From an uncultured Eubacteriales bacterium (GTDB lineage Bacteria > Bacillota > Clostridia > Oscillospirales > Oscillospiraceae), in contig ONNS01000001.1 of assembly GCA_900319275.1 (NCBI GenBank), positions 19,448 through 83,447 on the forward strand: a DNA stretch of 64,000 nt. The letters run 5' to 3'. Shown in pieces: positions 55,125 through 63,808 of this stretch. The position numbers were made by a program, and so were the translations under genes. The notes below the pieces were generated by a model. That model was not told the DNA's origin. It worked only from the letters and a program-made list of their open reading frames with translations, and ran no database searches. The first letter of the stretch is position 1. Every line of letters starts with the position of its first letter.

Positions 55125-55150
55125 GGGTTCGAGTCCCACCACCGGCACCA
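55125..55150 (+). repeat. attR core (displaced original tRNA-Leu 3' end)
   Basis: 26/26 identity with 3975..4000; followed by a native-looking tRNA terminator. Confidence 0.9.
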
Positions 55151-55157
55151 AACCAAC

Positions 55158-55210
55158 AAAATCCGAACCAGATCTTCCCTATGGGAGACGGGTTCGGATT
55201 TTGTGTTTTC
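55158..55210 (+). terminator. ancestral tRNA-Leu terminator on the host side of attR
   Basis: aaatccgaacc/ggttcggattt stem followed by tgtgttttc. Confidence 0.6.
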
Positions 55211-55310
55211 TACAGGAATCAGTATTTCCTCAATGGTGTACTCCGCCGACCTGAATCCAAACCGAGAGGGCCACGAAAGAAGAAAACTAATTGATTTGGA
55301 GGTATCTATT

Positions 55311-55565
55311 ATGAGAAAACTGATTTCCTGCTCCTATAATGAGGATTCCCAGATTGTAGAGCTTTGCTACTCCGATGGAACGCTAATAAACATTGACTGT
55401 ATAGCCATTGAGGATACTGTTGCCCGAAACATGTATGAGCGTTCAGAGCTGGACTATCTGCTCTACCACGACCCCTTGAGCTATGCCGACTTGGTTTTGA
55501 AAGGAGACATTGAAGCTTATCTGCGGAATGTGACCGATTACCGGCCACTAGATGAAAGAGAATGA
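55311..55565 (+). CDS. hypothetical protein
   Basis: GGAGGT RBS then ATG 55311; 84 aa. Confidence 0.55.
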   Translation: MRKLISCSYNEDSQIVELCYSDGTLINIDCIAIEDTVARNMYERSELDYLLYHDPLSYADLVLKGDIEAYLRNVTDYRPLDERE

Positions 55566-55654
55566 ACAAAACACGCATGATGGCATATAGGGCTTAACCG
55601 TTAAGAAAGGATAGACTTAATCAACTGTAGGAATCTATCAAAACGGTTGCCGAC

Positions 55655-55704
55655 AAGAAGCCGGAGAGTTGGGTACAGAGGTGTACACAACTCTCCGGCT
55701 TCTT
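55655..55704. terminator. bidirectional terminator (17-bp perfect inverted repeat) between convergent genes
   Basis: aagaagccggagagttg (55655-55671) pairs with caactctccggcttctt (55688-55704). Confidence 0.75.
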
Positions 55705-55716
55705 AATGACCACTCA

Positions 55717-56811
55717 TTACAGCTTTTTCTTATTATAATGTAATTCCTCAATGTCATATACATCAACTGATATACATTGAAATAATTCTGGATTGAATAT
55801 TGCTAAATTGAAGCCGCCTGGGTTTGTCGTACTATTATACTCAATGCCATCATATTCTGGAGCCCCGTCGTGTTCAATGCTCTTTATGAAATCGACGATA
55901 TACTGGGTTGGAATATAATCTAAAGTGCTATCACTTCTGCGGAGAGGACGACTCATTTCAAAGTTTAGCTTTTCTAAGTACTGCTTGTTAATAGCGTGGT
56001 CAATAAAATCCAAACCTTCAATAAAAGGACTAATTGTATTTAACGCTTTTAAGTCCACAATAGTGATGTCTCGTTTTAGCTGGAATGTTCCAACGGTTAC
56101 GTAATCAAAGACACCCGCGCGAACCTCGTGCAAAGTTGTATCAATGTCATTAGCCACATATAGGCATGTGATGCCTCGTGCATTTGCACGTCCTTCTGAA
56201 CTTTTCCCAGCTGGAGGTGCCGACATTTCTGCTACAGGGAAGCCCCGGCTATCTGAGATTCTAGCACGGTAAAAACAATCACCGGTTTTATACTTCTTTC
56301 GAATAAACGAGCAATACTTTTCTAAGATGCCAAAGTTTACCAATTTGGAATGATACCTGTTTTTAGTCTTTATTTCGTCTACAAATTCCTCCCAACTACT
56401 ATTCTTGAGAAGGGCGTGATCACGCAAATAGGACGAGTCGTGAAGCTCAGGAATACCAATCAAGTCATCAAATAATGCCGGTGCAGTAGAGTATAAATCA
56501 TGACAGATTGCAGTAATGATTTCATATTGAGATGCACGAGATATGCCTGAAAAAACACTCCATCGATCATTGAGTTCATCAATAAGTGTGCGTCGTTCAG
56601 CTACTGGATAGTAGTCAGGCAATGAAGAGGTTGGAGAATAAACACTTATTAAATCCTCAAAATATGGCGTCAAATCATTTTGCAAAGCAGTATCATAAAG
56701 AAATACGTCATCGCTGCCACAAACAGGGCATTTCCCTTTTGTTCCACCAGAAACAGCTCCAATAATTGAGGATATTTCTCTATCTTTAAAACAATGATCA
56801 CAGAAAATCAT
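55717..56811 (-). CDS. zinc-ribbon N-terminal domain plus RES-domain protein (putative NAD-targeting effector)
   Basis: ATG 56811 in an ATGA overlap with the upstream stop; 364 aa; CDHC...CPVCG; RES triad context GRANARG / LHEVRAG / EYNSTTNPGGFNLAIF. Confidence 0.78.
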   Translation of the reverse strand: MIFCDHCFKDREISSIIGAVSGGTKGKCPVCGSDDVFLYDTALQNDLTPYFEDLISVYSPTSSLPDYYPVAERRTLIDELNDRWSVFSGISRASQYEIITAICHDLYSTAPALFDDLIGIPELHDSSYLRDHALLKNSSWEEFVDEIKTKNRYHSKLVNFGILEKYCSFIRKKYKTGDCFYRARISDSRGFPVAEMSAPPAGKSSEGRANARGITCLYVANDIDTTLHEVRAGVFDYVTVGTFQLKRDITIVDLKALNTISPFIEGLDFIDHAINKQYLEKLNFEMSRPLRRSDSTLDYIPTQYIVDFIKSIEHDGAPEYDGIEYNSTTNPGGFNLAIFNPELFQCISVDVYDIEELHYNKKKL

Positions 56812-57746
56812 TCTTTTGCTCCATCCAGAAACCTGCTCATAAGCTCTAAGTGATGCATAATTGAGTATTTTTTTAGAACGCCTAAGCCGGGATACGTTTG
56901 GCTCCAATACGCTGACTCAAAGGCTTTTATTCCAGCAGTATCTAATCTCATCGTTTGATTCCAATCAACGAGTTTTTTTGCTGCCTCAGAGAACTTCCTG
57001 GCGGGGTCAGAAATATCATCGTTAGAATCAGAGACAAAATGAGCTATGCGAAGAGTTTTTTTGTCATCAAAGAAAACAATGTGAATTGCGACTGCATAAG
57101 GAGCAAAACCGGTCTCACTATATTCATCGCCTACTACAGAGTAGTCAGAGAAACCTTTGTATCCGTCATCTGAATAGAATAAATGATCGTTGGAAAAAAA
57201 CTCTGTTTCGATTCCTGAATAATCTACATTTCTGCTTTGCTTTGGAAAATGATCCTCACACAGGACGCGATTTGGCCGAATTCGGCGTCTAAAATCCCCT
57301 TTGTCTGGAATTAGATTATATAGAGGAATTGCATCACCAATAGCATTCTCATAAAAACCAATACTATCAGGGTTGTTGCAAATGAGTATCAGATTATCGC
57401 GATTAAGGCCTTGCTCTTTCATTTGCTCAACAAAAGATTTCAAGTGAGAATCAACATAAAGCGCTGAAATCAAATGTTGATCAGCCATAAGCGCAGAAAC
57501 AGCATCTTTTATTCCTTGATTGCTTTCTTTCTTCAAGTCTTTAACGAAACTTCCTACATGTGGGTTGCGAATAACAGAGACTCGCCTATCGGCACGAATA
57601 AAAGAGTCTAAGGTTTTAACAAAAGTTGAAGATGCCTTAACTGGCTCAATTATCGGAAGTACTCTTTCGCTCAGCAGATTCCCCGTAATGCATTCACGCA
57701 GAGCAAGCAGTTCAAATTGACGACCACGTAAAATGGGAAAATACAT
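56808..57746 (-). CDS. sce7725 / Beta-protein-like family protein
   Basis: 312 aa; N-terminus MYFPILRGRQFELLALRE, which I recognise as the family signature (recollection, not searched); GGAGGA RBS 10 nt after the upstream stop. Confidence 0.6.
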   Translation of the reverse strand: MYFPILRGRQFELLALRECITGNLLSERVLPIIEPVKASSTFVKTLDSFIRADRRVSVIRNPHVGSFVKDLKKESNQGIKDAVSALMADQHLISALYVDSHLKSFVEQMKEQGLNRDNLILICNNPDSIGFYENAIGDAIPLYNLIPDKGDFRRRIRPNRVLCEDHFPKQSRNVDYSGIETEFFSNDHLFYSDDGYKGFSDYSVVGDEYSETGFAPYAVAIHIVFFDDKKTLRIAHFVSDSNDDISDPARKFSEAAKKLVDWNQTMRLDTAGIKAFESAYWSQTYPGLGVLKKYSIMHHLELMSRFLDGAKE

Positions 57747-57756
57747 TTTTATCCTC

Positions 57757-58596
57757 CTATGTACACAAGAAGCTTTTTAGCCGGGAATAATCAGCTTTTT
57801 TAAAGTTAGAGAAATAGATGAGAAACTTCAGTTCATACGGCGCTTTCTCAAATTCGTCTATTTCTATTTTAGATCTTCTTTTCAGTGTTTGCGTAAAAAG
57901 AGTGTAGGCTTCTATCACAGGAATAGATTCAAACCAAGACAAGCAAGTTCTATAGTATTCAAACTGAGATACGTTGGGTAACCTACCAAATTTGGATAGA
58001 AGAATGCTTTCATATTCATCCTTCCTAAGCACCTTAAACATCGTAGAAAGCGAAAGCTTCTCAGTATATTCCACCGGCTTCTTTCGTTCGCTAATAGTGT
58101 CCCTCTTGGTTAGAATATATATGCCAACAGGCGTGCCCTCTAAGCGACTTGAAATCTCTTCAAAATTGCTTTCAGAAGTCACGACAGCAACACGCGAAAA
58201 AGCTTTATAGTAGTCGGCTATCTGCCCGTCAAGGCGCTCAAAGTTATCTAATTCAGTTTTTATCTCATATACAACGGCTTTTCCATTAATCAAAATGAAA
58301 TCTGCTTTTGAATTTCCTATTGGAACTTCGGTGAGAGCCGTAGTGGTATGAGGATTATGGATGCCCAGGAGGAGTTTGTTTAGAAGCGTGTTTTTGTAGT
58401 AGTATTCATTTTGATATTGTGATTTCAGGAAAAAGTATATTTCGCTAATACACTCCAGATTTGATAGATTAGATGAGTCGGCAACATAGCGTCGAATAGC
58501 GGCAGAATAAGTTGCACTTTCTCCTTCATTAATCAATTCTTTTAAGGTGTTTCGTGTAAAAAAGCGATTAATCAAAATTGAGTTGTTGCCGTCCAT
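57757..58596 (-). CDS. sce7726-like PD-(D/E)xK nuclease-fold protein
   Basis: GGGAGGTG RBS 6 nt before ATG 58596; 279 aa; TEVPIGNSKADFILINGKAVVYEIKTELD = E...D...E-x-K endonuclease-type motif. Confidence 0.6.
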   Translation of the reverse strand: MDGNNSILINRFFTRNTLKELINEGESATYSAAIRRYVADSSNLSNLECISEIYFFLKSQYQNEYYYKNTLLNKLLLGIHNPHTTTALTEVPIGNSKADFILINGKAVVYEIKTELDNFERLDGQIADYYKAFSRVAVVTSESNFEEISSRLEGTPVGIYILTKRDTISERKKPVEYTEKLSLSTMFKVLRKDEYESILLSKFGRLPNVSQFEYYRTCLSWFESIPVIEAYTLFTQTLKRRSKIEIDEFEKAPYELKFLIYFSNFKKADYSRLKSFLCT

Positions 58597-58665
58597 CCAA
58601 AACACCTCCCTCTAAAAGAATTCGATACAGAAATAGTCCTCAAAATCACATACTCTTTCAACTTA

Positions 58666-58694
58666 AATATATTCGTTTGAATGAATTATGTCAA
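58666..58694 (-). promoter_or_regulatory. promoter of the three-gene operon (TTGACA-17-TATATT)
   Basis: On the minus strand: ttgaca (58689-58694), 17-nt spacer, tatatt (58666-58671); about 70 nt upstream of ATG 58596. Confidence 0.65.
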
Positions 58695-58739
58695 GTAAAG
58701 AAGGGCGCTACAGCTAGAGCTAAATGCTTTCTTCCATAA

Positions 58740-59561
58740 TCATTTACGTCTCGGCTTGTTCTTCCCGCGTTTGTTGGGCTGGGCTTTAAGCAGCGAGGAC
58801 TTCTTTAAAATGTTGATCAAGCTCGCGAACTCTTCCTTCGTTAGCTTATCGTAATTGATGCCGAGCTGCTTGCAGAACAGGCGCGCCTGGCGTTCCTCTG
58901 GGCTGCCCTCGTAACTCATGGCTGCTTCCAGCTCCTGCCGCGCGGTGTCGGAGGGGTTGACCGCATCTGCGGTGGTCGTATCCTTCTTGTGCGCTTCCCG
59001 GATATCCGCGATGATCTTGTCGAGATCTTCATGCACGACCCGGCTGAAATACTCGTCCTCATCGATCTGAGCCAGCTCCAGCGTCCGCATATACAGATCG
59101 TTCTCGCCGGGGTTGTGCTTTTCCATGACGGTTTTCCGTGCTTCCGCAAGCACGACATTCATATCATGAACCCGCATTGCTGCGATCCGATCCACGCAGA
59201 TCTCCGTATCCACTATCAGACGCTGAAAATCCGGATGCGTGGCGATCTCACATAGCAGGCGGTTGTTGATCTTCCCGCTTGCCAATAGCTTCAGCATTTC
59301 ATCACTCAGATGCAGACCAGCCAGGTCTGTGTCTGGGTGATTTTTCATTTCCGAGACTCCCAGCAGGTAATCCGTGGAGACCCCATAGTACTCCGCCAGC
59401 GTCACGATGCTGAACGGGCTGATGTCTTTATAATCATCGGTCTCATAGCTGCCAAGGGCAGACTTGGACAAACCGGTGAGTTCAGCAAGCTCCTCCAGTT
59501 TCAACTTGCGCTCTGTACGCAAATCCTTCAACCGTTCGGGAACAGACAGTTTTACATACAT
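58740..59561 (-). CDS. XRE-family HTH protein with about 200-aa C-terminal domain
   Basis: 273 aa; LKDLRTERKLKLEELAELTGLSKSALGSYE HTH; GAAGGAGAG RBS; extended -10 (TGtgaTATAAT) upstream. Confidence 0.78.
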   Translation of the reverse strand: MYVKLSVPERLKDLRTERKLKLEELAELTGLSKSALGSYETDDYKDISPFSIVTLAEYYGVSTDYLLGVSEMKNHPDTDLAGLHLSDEMLKLLASGKINNRLLCEIATHPDFQRLIVDTEICVDRIAAMRVHDMNVVLAEARKTVMEKHNPGENDLYMRTLELAQIDEDEYFSRVVHEDLDKIIADIREAHKKDTTTADAVNPSDTARQELEAAMSYEGSPEERQARLFCKQLGINYDKLTKEEFASLINILKKSSLLKAQPNKRGKNKPRRK

Positions 59562-60079
59562 TTTCGCTCTCTCCTTCGCTGGAAAACGTTGTTCTTCGGT
59601 ATTATATCACATCATTTCCACGAGCGCGGAATTTTTCGCTTTTCCATGCCGATTTCCTACATCCTGGATATACGGGAGGAGGCCAATTATTTTGGTACGA
59701 TACGGTCAGAACAAGTGAATGACCGTCCGAGCTGAGATAAACCGCCAGGATCTCGAAAGAGGGAGCGCGTCCCGTGAGGGGCGACGGCACAGCGCCGAGC
59801 AGGGTTGCCTGTCAGGAAACAGCGAGGGTAGAACGGCAAAACGGTTGCCAGATTTCAAAGGATGTGAAAACCGCGAACAATCTTTCGGTTTTATGCCGGA
59901 AATCACACTAAACAGCGCTGCACCATTCCGCGAATAACGAATGCGGATCAGTGCGTCTTATCACCGTTCCGTGTGCTATTACGCAGAGCAACGAAACAGC
60001 ACAGCCGCCTATGTGACCAGATGGTCATGGGCGGCTGCGCTATTTCATGACAGTTAGAATGATTATTGTGCTCTGTGGT

Positions 60080-60111
60080 GAAACCGGTACGCATGATCGC
60101 GTACCGGTTTC
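60080..60111. promoter_or_regulatory. perfect 13-bp inverted repeat (operator-like) upstream of the small HTH gene
   Basis: gaaaccggtacgc (60080-60092) - atgatc - gcgtaccggtttc (60099-60111). Confidence 0.5.
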
Positions 60112-60140
60112 GCCAATGAGCGAACAGAAAAGGAGGGATC

Positions 60141-60353
60141 ATTACGGATATACGAAATGAGATCAAAGCCTACATTGTCCGGGAGGGCATGACCATGGGC
60201 GAGGCCGTGAAGCGGCTGGCCGAGGACTATGGTTGGAGCGAAAGTGTCCCCAATCTGTCCGGCAAGTTGCGCCGGGGCTCGCTGCGTTACAGCGAGGCTT
60301 TGGAACTTGCAGATGTGCTTGGCTACGATATTATCTGGCAGAAGCGAAGATAA
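60141..60353 (+). CDS. small HTH-like protein with an apparent non-canonical (ATT) start
   Basis: Frame open from 60120 to TAA 60351-60353; AAAGGAGGG RBS at 60128-60136; no ATG/GTG/TTG before ATG 60189; product ITDIRNEIKAYIVREGMTMGEAVKRLAEDYGW... Confidence 0.45.
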   Translation: MTDIRNEIKAYIVREGMTMGEAVKRLAEDYGWSESVPNLSGKLRRGSLRYSEALELADVLGYDIIWQKRR

Positions 60354-60366
60354 ATCTCCCAGCTAT

Positions 60367-63018
60367 TTATTGTTCCGCATTCCGAAGGCGTTCTACTACG
60401 CTTTGCTTTATTGCGCTCCTATAGAACAGCGCCGGAATCAAACAACCAAGAAGTGCAAATATGGGAATGGCTGCAAATGCAGGCAGGACGGTAAAACGAT
60501 AGCTGAAAAACCAAAAGGCTTTTTCCAATGCTTTCCCAGTTAGAGGGTTCAGTAATACAGATAAAAATAGAGCCAGAACACCGGAGGCAAGTGCATAAAA
60601 CAGCCCTTCATAAATGAGCATTGTTTTGAGCTGTCGATTCGTCATGCCCACTGCCTGTAAAACAGCAAGCTCTCTGCGGCGGGAGAGGATACTGGTCATG
60701 ACTGCATTGAGGAAATTGAGCATCCCCACCAATCCGATGATTGCGCACAGTGCCCCGCCCAGGAGCAGGAACAGCTTTTGAAACCCCTCAAAATCTGTCC
60801 GGAGACTGGCCTTACTCTCATACATCAGTGTGGAGAGAGGATCGTAAGTCATTTCGGACAAAACCCGCTCTGCCTCTGCTTCGGCCTTTTCATCCGGGGT
60901 ATCAAAGAGATAGAAAAGCGGAATGGCCTTTGCACCACTGTCCCGCTCCAGCGTCTCGACGGGAAGTACCGCCTCATAGCCTACAGTCCGATAGCGAAAG
61001 CTCATAGAATGCGGTATAGCAACCAGTGCGCAGACGGTATAATCCACCTCATGACTATCGGGAACCGTCATTTTCATATATTCTATTGGGGTGTTTTCAT
61101 CAATCAATTCACCGCTGCGGCTGTCAACATAAGGCATGTTATTCCCATAGACCAGCGTCAGTGTGTCACCGATGGCCGGATAATACTCCGGGTGCTCCAG
61201 GTTTCCATAGTCATCCAGGACAGCGGAAATGGCAATGCTATGCCCATCTTCACTGTGTAATGGAGCCAGATCACCGTCAAGCAGTATCAGCTTGTCGAGC
61301 AGAGCATCGTCCAGACCCTCAATTGTGATAACTTGCAGAGCAGTATCGTCCCGATGATCCTGATTAGCAAACATCTGCTCTGCCTGTTCAACCCCATAAT
61401 AATGCGAGTTATCCATGAGCCAGGCGCTTTTTGACATCCAGGCAGCAGAAGCTCTCGAATTGCGGTAACCGAATCCGGCAAGCGATGCTTCCGTTTGTGA
61501 ATTTAGCTCCGCAACGAGCTCCTCGGACAGGTATTCCTCTGCACCTATGTTGGATCGAAAATAATCTGGGCTGCTGACGATGAAATCTGCACAGGACTGA
61601 GCAGCAAGATACTTTTCCATATCAAAGCCGCCTACGAATTCGACCAACATGTTCAGTAACACCACCGCCAAGGCAAGGGATATCACTACCAGCGCGGTTT
61701 TGCTCCGGTTTCTTCCAAGATTGGCCCAAGCCATTTGATGAACCTTGGCGCCTCGCCTGCCGAGACGCTTCTTTTTGCCGGAGGAGCCCTCAGTATAACG
61801 GCTCGCTTCCACTGGAGAAACCCGGCCTGCCTGTCTGCCTGGCTTTGCACAAGAAAGCAGCACCGTTCCAAGTGCGAAGAGGGCAGAAAGCAGAAAGATC
61901 AGCGGGGATGTACTGACAGTCAGCGCTGAGTCGCTGAGCGAGCTGCTGGCAATGACCGCAGGCATCACCAGCGCCCCAAGGCCAAAGCCAAGAAGGAGCC
62001 CAATAGGGATGCCGACCGCGCACAGCGTCAGCGCCTGAAGGCGGATGATGCGTCGCAGCTGCCGCGGCGTCACGCCGATGGTTTTCAGCAGCCCGTAATA
62101 GCGGATATCTCCGGCGACAGAGATCTGAAAGATGTTGTAGATGATCAGATATCCGGTAATGATCACAAGGATCAGGAAGGCCGCAACCGCGGCGATGGTC
62201 CCCGCGTCCATTCCCGCGCCGAGCTGCGATGTGGTATAGCCCCAGTTTACGCCAATGCGCACCGCATTGTCCGCATTTCGATCTTCCCAGGTATAGCCGA
62301 GGTCTGTATCCACCTGCTCCATCTGTCCGCGAATGTCTACGGAAGACGCCATCATGACGTTCAGATCGGCCCGGAAAGGATTCATTCCGGCAGACAAGCC
62401 CAGTTCCTCCATCTGCTTGGCGTAATCATGGGAAATATTGATATAGTGGACTGGCATGAGGCCATCATACTCCCACCAGCCTACCAAGGTGAAAGTGTCC
62501 CTAATCTCTGGCCCGGTCTGCATTTTGTCATGGAGGGTAAAGCTCAATGTAATCTCAGCACCTAATTCTGGCGTCACACCGAGTAAATCCAAGGCTTTTG
62601 TGTCCATCGTGATCTCTTTGCCGGACGTCGGGAGCCGCCCTGTTGTCGGCAAAGCATAGCTCCAGCGGGTGCAGTTTTCATCCATATAGCTGATCTCGGC
62701 AGGAGTTTTGGCAAAGACGCCCTCTGCTGTGGTTCCGACGACAATTCGGATGCCAGCTGCTTTTACCAAGCGATGTGCGCTGATGTCCGCGGCCTGCTGC
62801 TCTGTTACCTCCTTGAAAGTACCGTGAGAATAGCCACCCAGCTGCCGGAACTGATAGGTCTGGTAGCTGGCGTTAATGGACGTCACCACTGTAAAAAGGG
62901 CGGTAAAGAGCAGTGTAGTCAAAACAATCGCAGCTGCCGCGATCAGATTTCTCTTCCGCTGTGCCCACAGTGTTCGCACACTTAAGCGGCGGATACATTT
63001 TCCGTTTTTCACACGCAT
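60367..63018 (-). CDS. ABC transporter permease with two FtsX-like domains
   Basis: 883 aa from ATG 63018 (AAAGGAGA RBS); two 4-TM FtsX-type modules separated by large extracytoplasmic regions. Confidence 0.82.
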   Translation of the reverse strand: MRVKNGKCIRRLSVRTLWAQRKRNLIAAAAIVLTTLLFTALFTVVTSINASYQTYQFRQLGGYSHGTFKEVTEQQAADISAHRLVKAAGIRIVVGTTAEGVFAKTPAEISYMDENCTRWSYALPTTGRLPTSGKEITMDTKALDLLGVTPELGAEITLSFTLHDKMQTGPEIRDTFTLVGWWEYDGLMPVHYINISHDYAKQMEELGLSAGMNPFRADLNVMMASSVDIRGQMEQVDTDLGYTWEDRNADNAVRIGVNWGYTTSQLGAGMDAGTIAAVAAFLILVIITGYLIIYNIFQISVAGDIRYYGLLKTIGVTPRQLRRIIRLQALTLCAVGIPIGLLLGFGLGALVMPAVIASSSLSDSALTVSTSPLIFLLSALFALGTVLLSCAKPGRQAGRVSPVEASRYTEGSSGKKKRLGRRGAKVHQMAWANLGRNRSKTALVVISLALAVVLLNMLVEFVGGFDMEKYLAAQSCADFIVSSPDYFRSNIGAEEYLSEELVAELNSQTEASLAGFGYRNSRASAAWMSKSAWLMDNSHYYGVEQAEQMFANQDHRDDTALQVITIEGLDDALLDKLILLDGDLAPLHSEDGHSIAISAVLDDYGNLEHPEYYPAIGDTLTLVYGNNMPYVDSRSGELIDENTPIEYMKMTVPDSHEVDYTVCALVAIPHSMSFRYRTVGYEAVLPVETLERDSGAKAIPLFYLFDTPDEKAEAEAERVLSEMTYDPLSTLMYESKASLRTDFEGFQKLFLLLGGALCAIIGLVGMLNFLNAVMTSILSRRRELAVLQAVGMTNRQLKTMLIYEGLFYALASGVLALFLSVLLNPLTGKALEKAFWFFSYRFTVLPAFAAIPIFALLGCLIPALFYRSAIKQSVVERLRNAEQ

Positions 63019-63032
63019 GTCGCCGTCTCCTT

Positions 63033-63704
63033 TCACCTGCGGCTTACGATGCGCCCATCTTCGATGCGAATTGTGCGATCCGCCATCTGTGCGAGTTCCT
63101 CGTTGTGGGTGATCATGACAATCGTCTGCGAAAACCGTTCGCTGGTGATCTTCAATAGCCCTATAACGTCCTGACTCGTCCGGGAATCCAGATTGCCAGT
63201 AGGTTCATCCGCTAAAATGATCGCAGGCTTTGCGGCGAGGGCGCGAGCAATAGCAACGCGCTGCTGCTGGCCGCCGGAGAGAGTGTTCGGCAGGTTTTCC
63301 AGCTTGTTGTCCAAGCCAAGGGTTTGGACGATCTGATCGATATAGGTTTTATCGAGGTTCCCTCCGTCCAATTCCACCGGCAGGACAATGTTCTCCCATA
63401 CGCTCAGTACCGGGACAAGGTTGTAACTCTGAAACACGAAACCGATCTTGCGCCGACGGAAGATGGTCAGTTCCTCCTCCTTCAAAGCGGACAGGTCCTG
63501 CCCGTCTACGGTCACGGTTCCGGATGTTGGACGATCCAGTCCTCCCAGCATATGAAGGAGCGTCGATTTCCCGGAGCCGGACGATCCGACGACTGCAACA
63601 AACTCACCATTGTTTACAGTCAAATCAATACCATCGAGGGCTCGGACTTCTGCTTCGCCGGAGCCATATACTTTTCTCAAGTCTTTTGTCTCTAAAATTG
63701 TCAT
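63033..63704 (-). CDS. ABC transporter ATP-binding protein (MacB/LolD-type)
   Basis: GSSGSGKST Walker [16 protein letters not shown] signature, [11 protein letters not shown] Walker B; GGAGGT RBS before ATG 63704. Confidence 0.92.
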   Translation of the reverse strand: MTILETKDLRKVYGSGEAEVRALDGIDLTVNNGEFVAVVGSSGSGKSTLLHMLGGLDRPTSGTVTVDGQDLSALKEEELTIFRRRKIGFVFQSYNLVPVLSVWENIVLPVELDGGNLDKTYIDQIVQTLGLDNKLENLPNTLSGGQQQRVAIARALAAKPAIILADEPTGNLDSRTSQDVIGLLKITSERFSQTIVMITHNEELAQMADRTIRIEDGRIVSRR

Positions 63705-63808
63705 AGATACCTCCATAGTGAAAAAGTCTGTATTGCCTTATGACAGTACAGACTTTAGCACACGAATCTTTCCAGGTTCTTTCTTAAATCTAACAGTTTT
63801 GAAAGATT

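Larger units (their letters stand above)
3975..55150. mobile_element. integrated temperate siphovirus-like prophage (about 51 kb) in the 3' end of tRNA-Leu
   Basis: Perfect 26-bp direct repeat at both ends (tRNA 3' end duplicated), tyrosine integrase next to right repeat, complete lysogeny, replication, packaging, head, tail and lysis modules in between. Confidence 0.92.

Noticed and set aside
55639-59849. A 13-bp direct repeat caaaacggttgcc (55639..55651 and 59837..59849) that would bracket the RES operon plus the XRE gene as an insertion.
   Set aside because: My rough estimate is that tens of 13-mer coincidences are expected by chance in a 64-kb window. There is no recombinase or other end feature, so the repeat alone does not define island borders.
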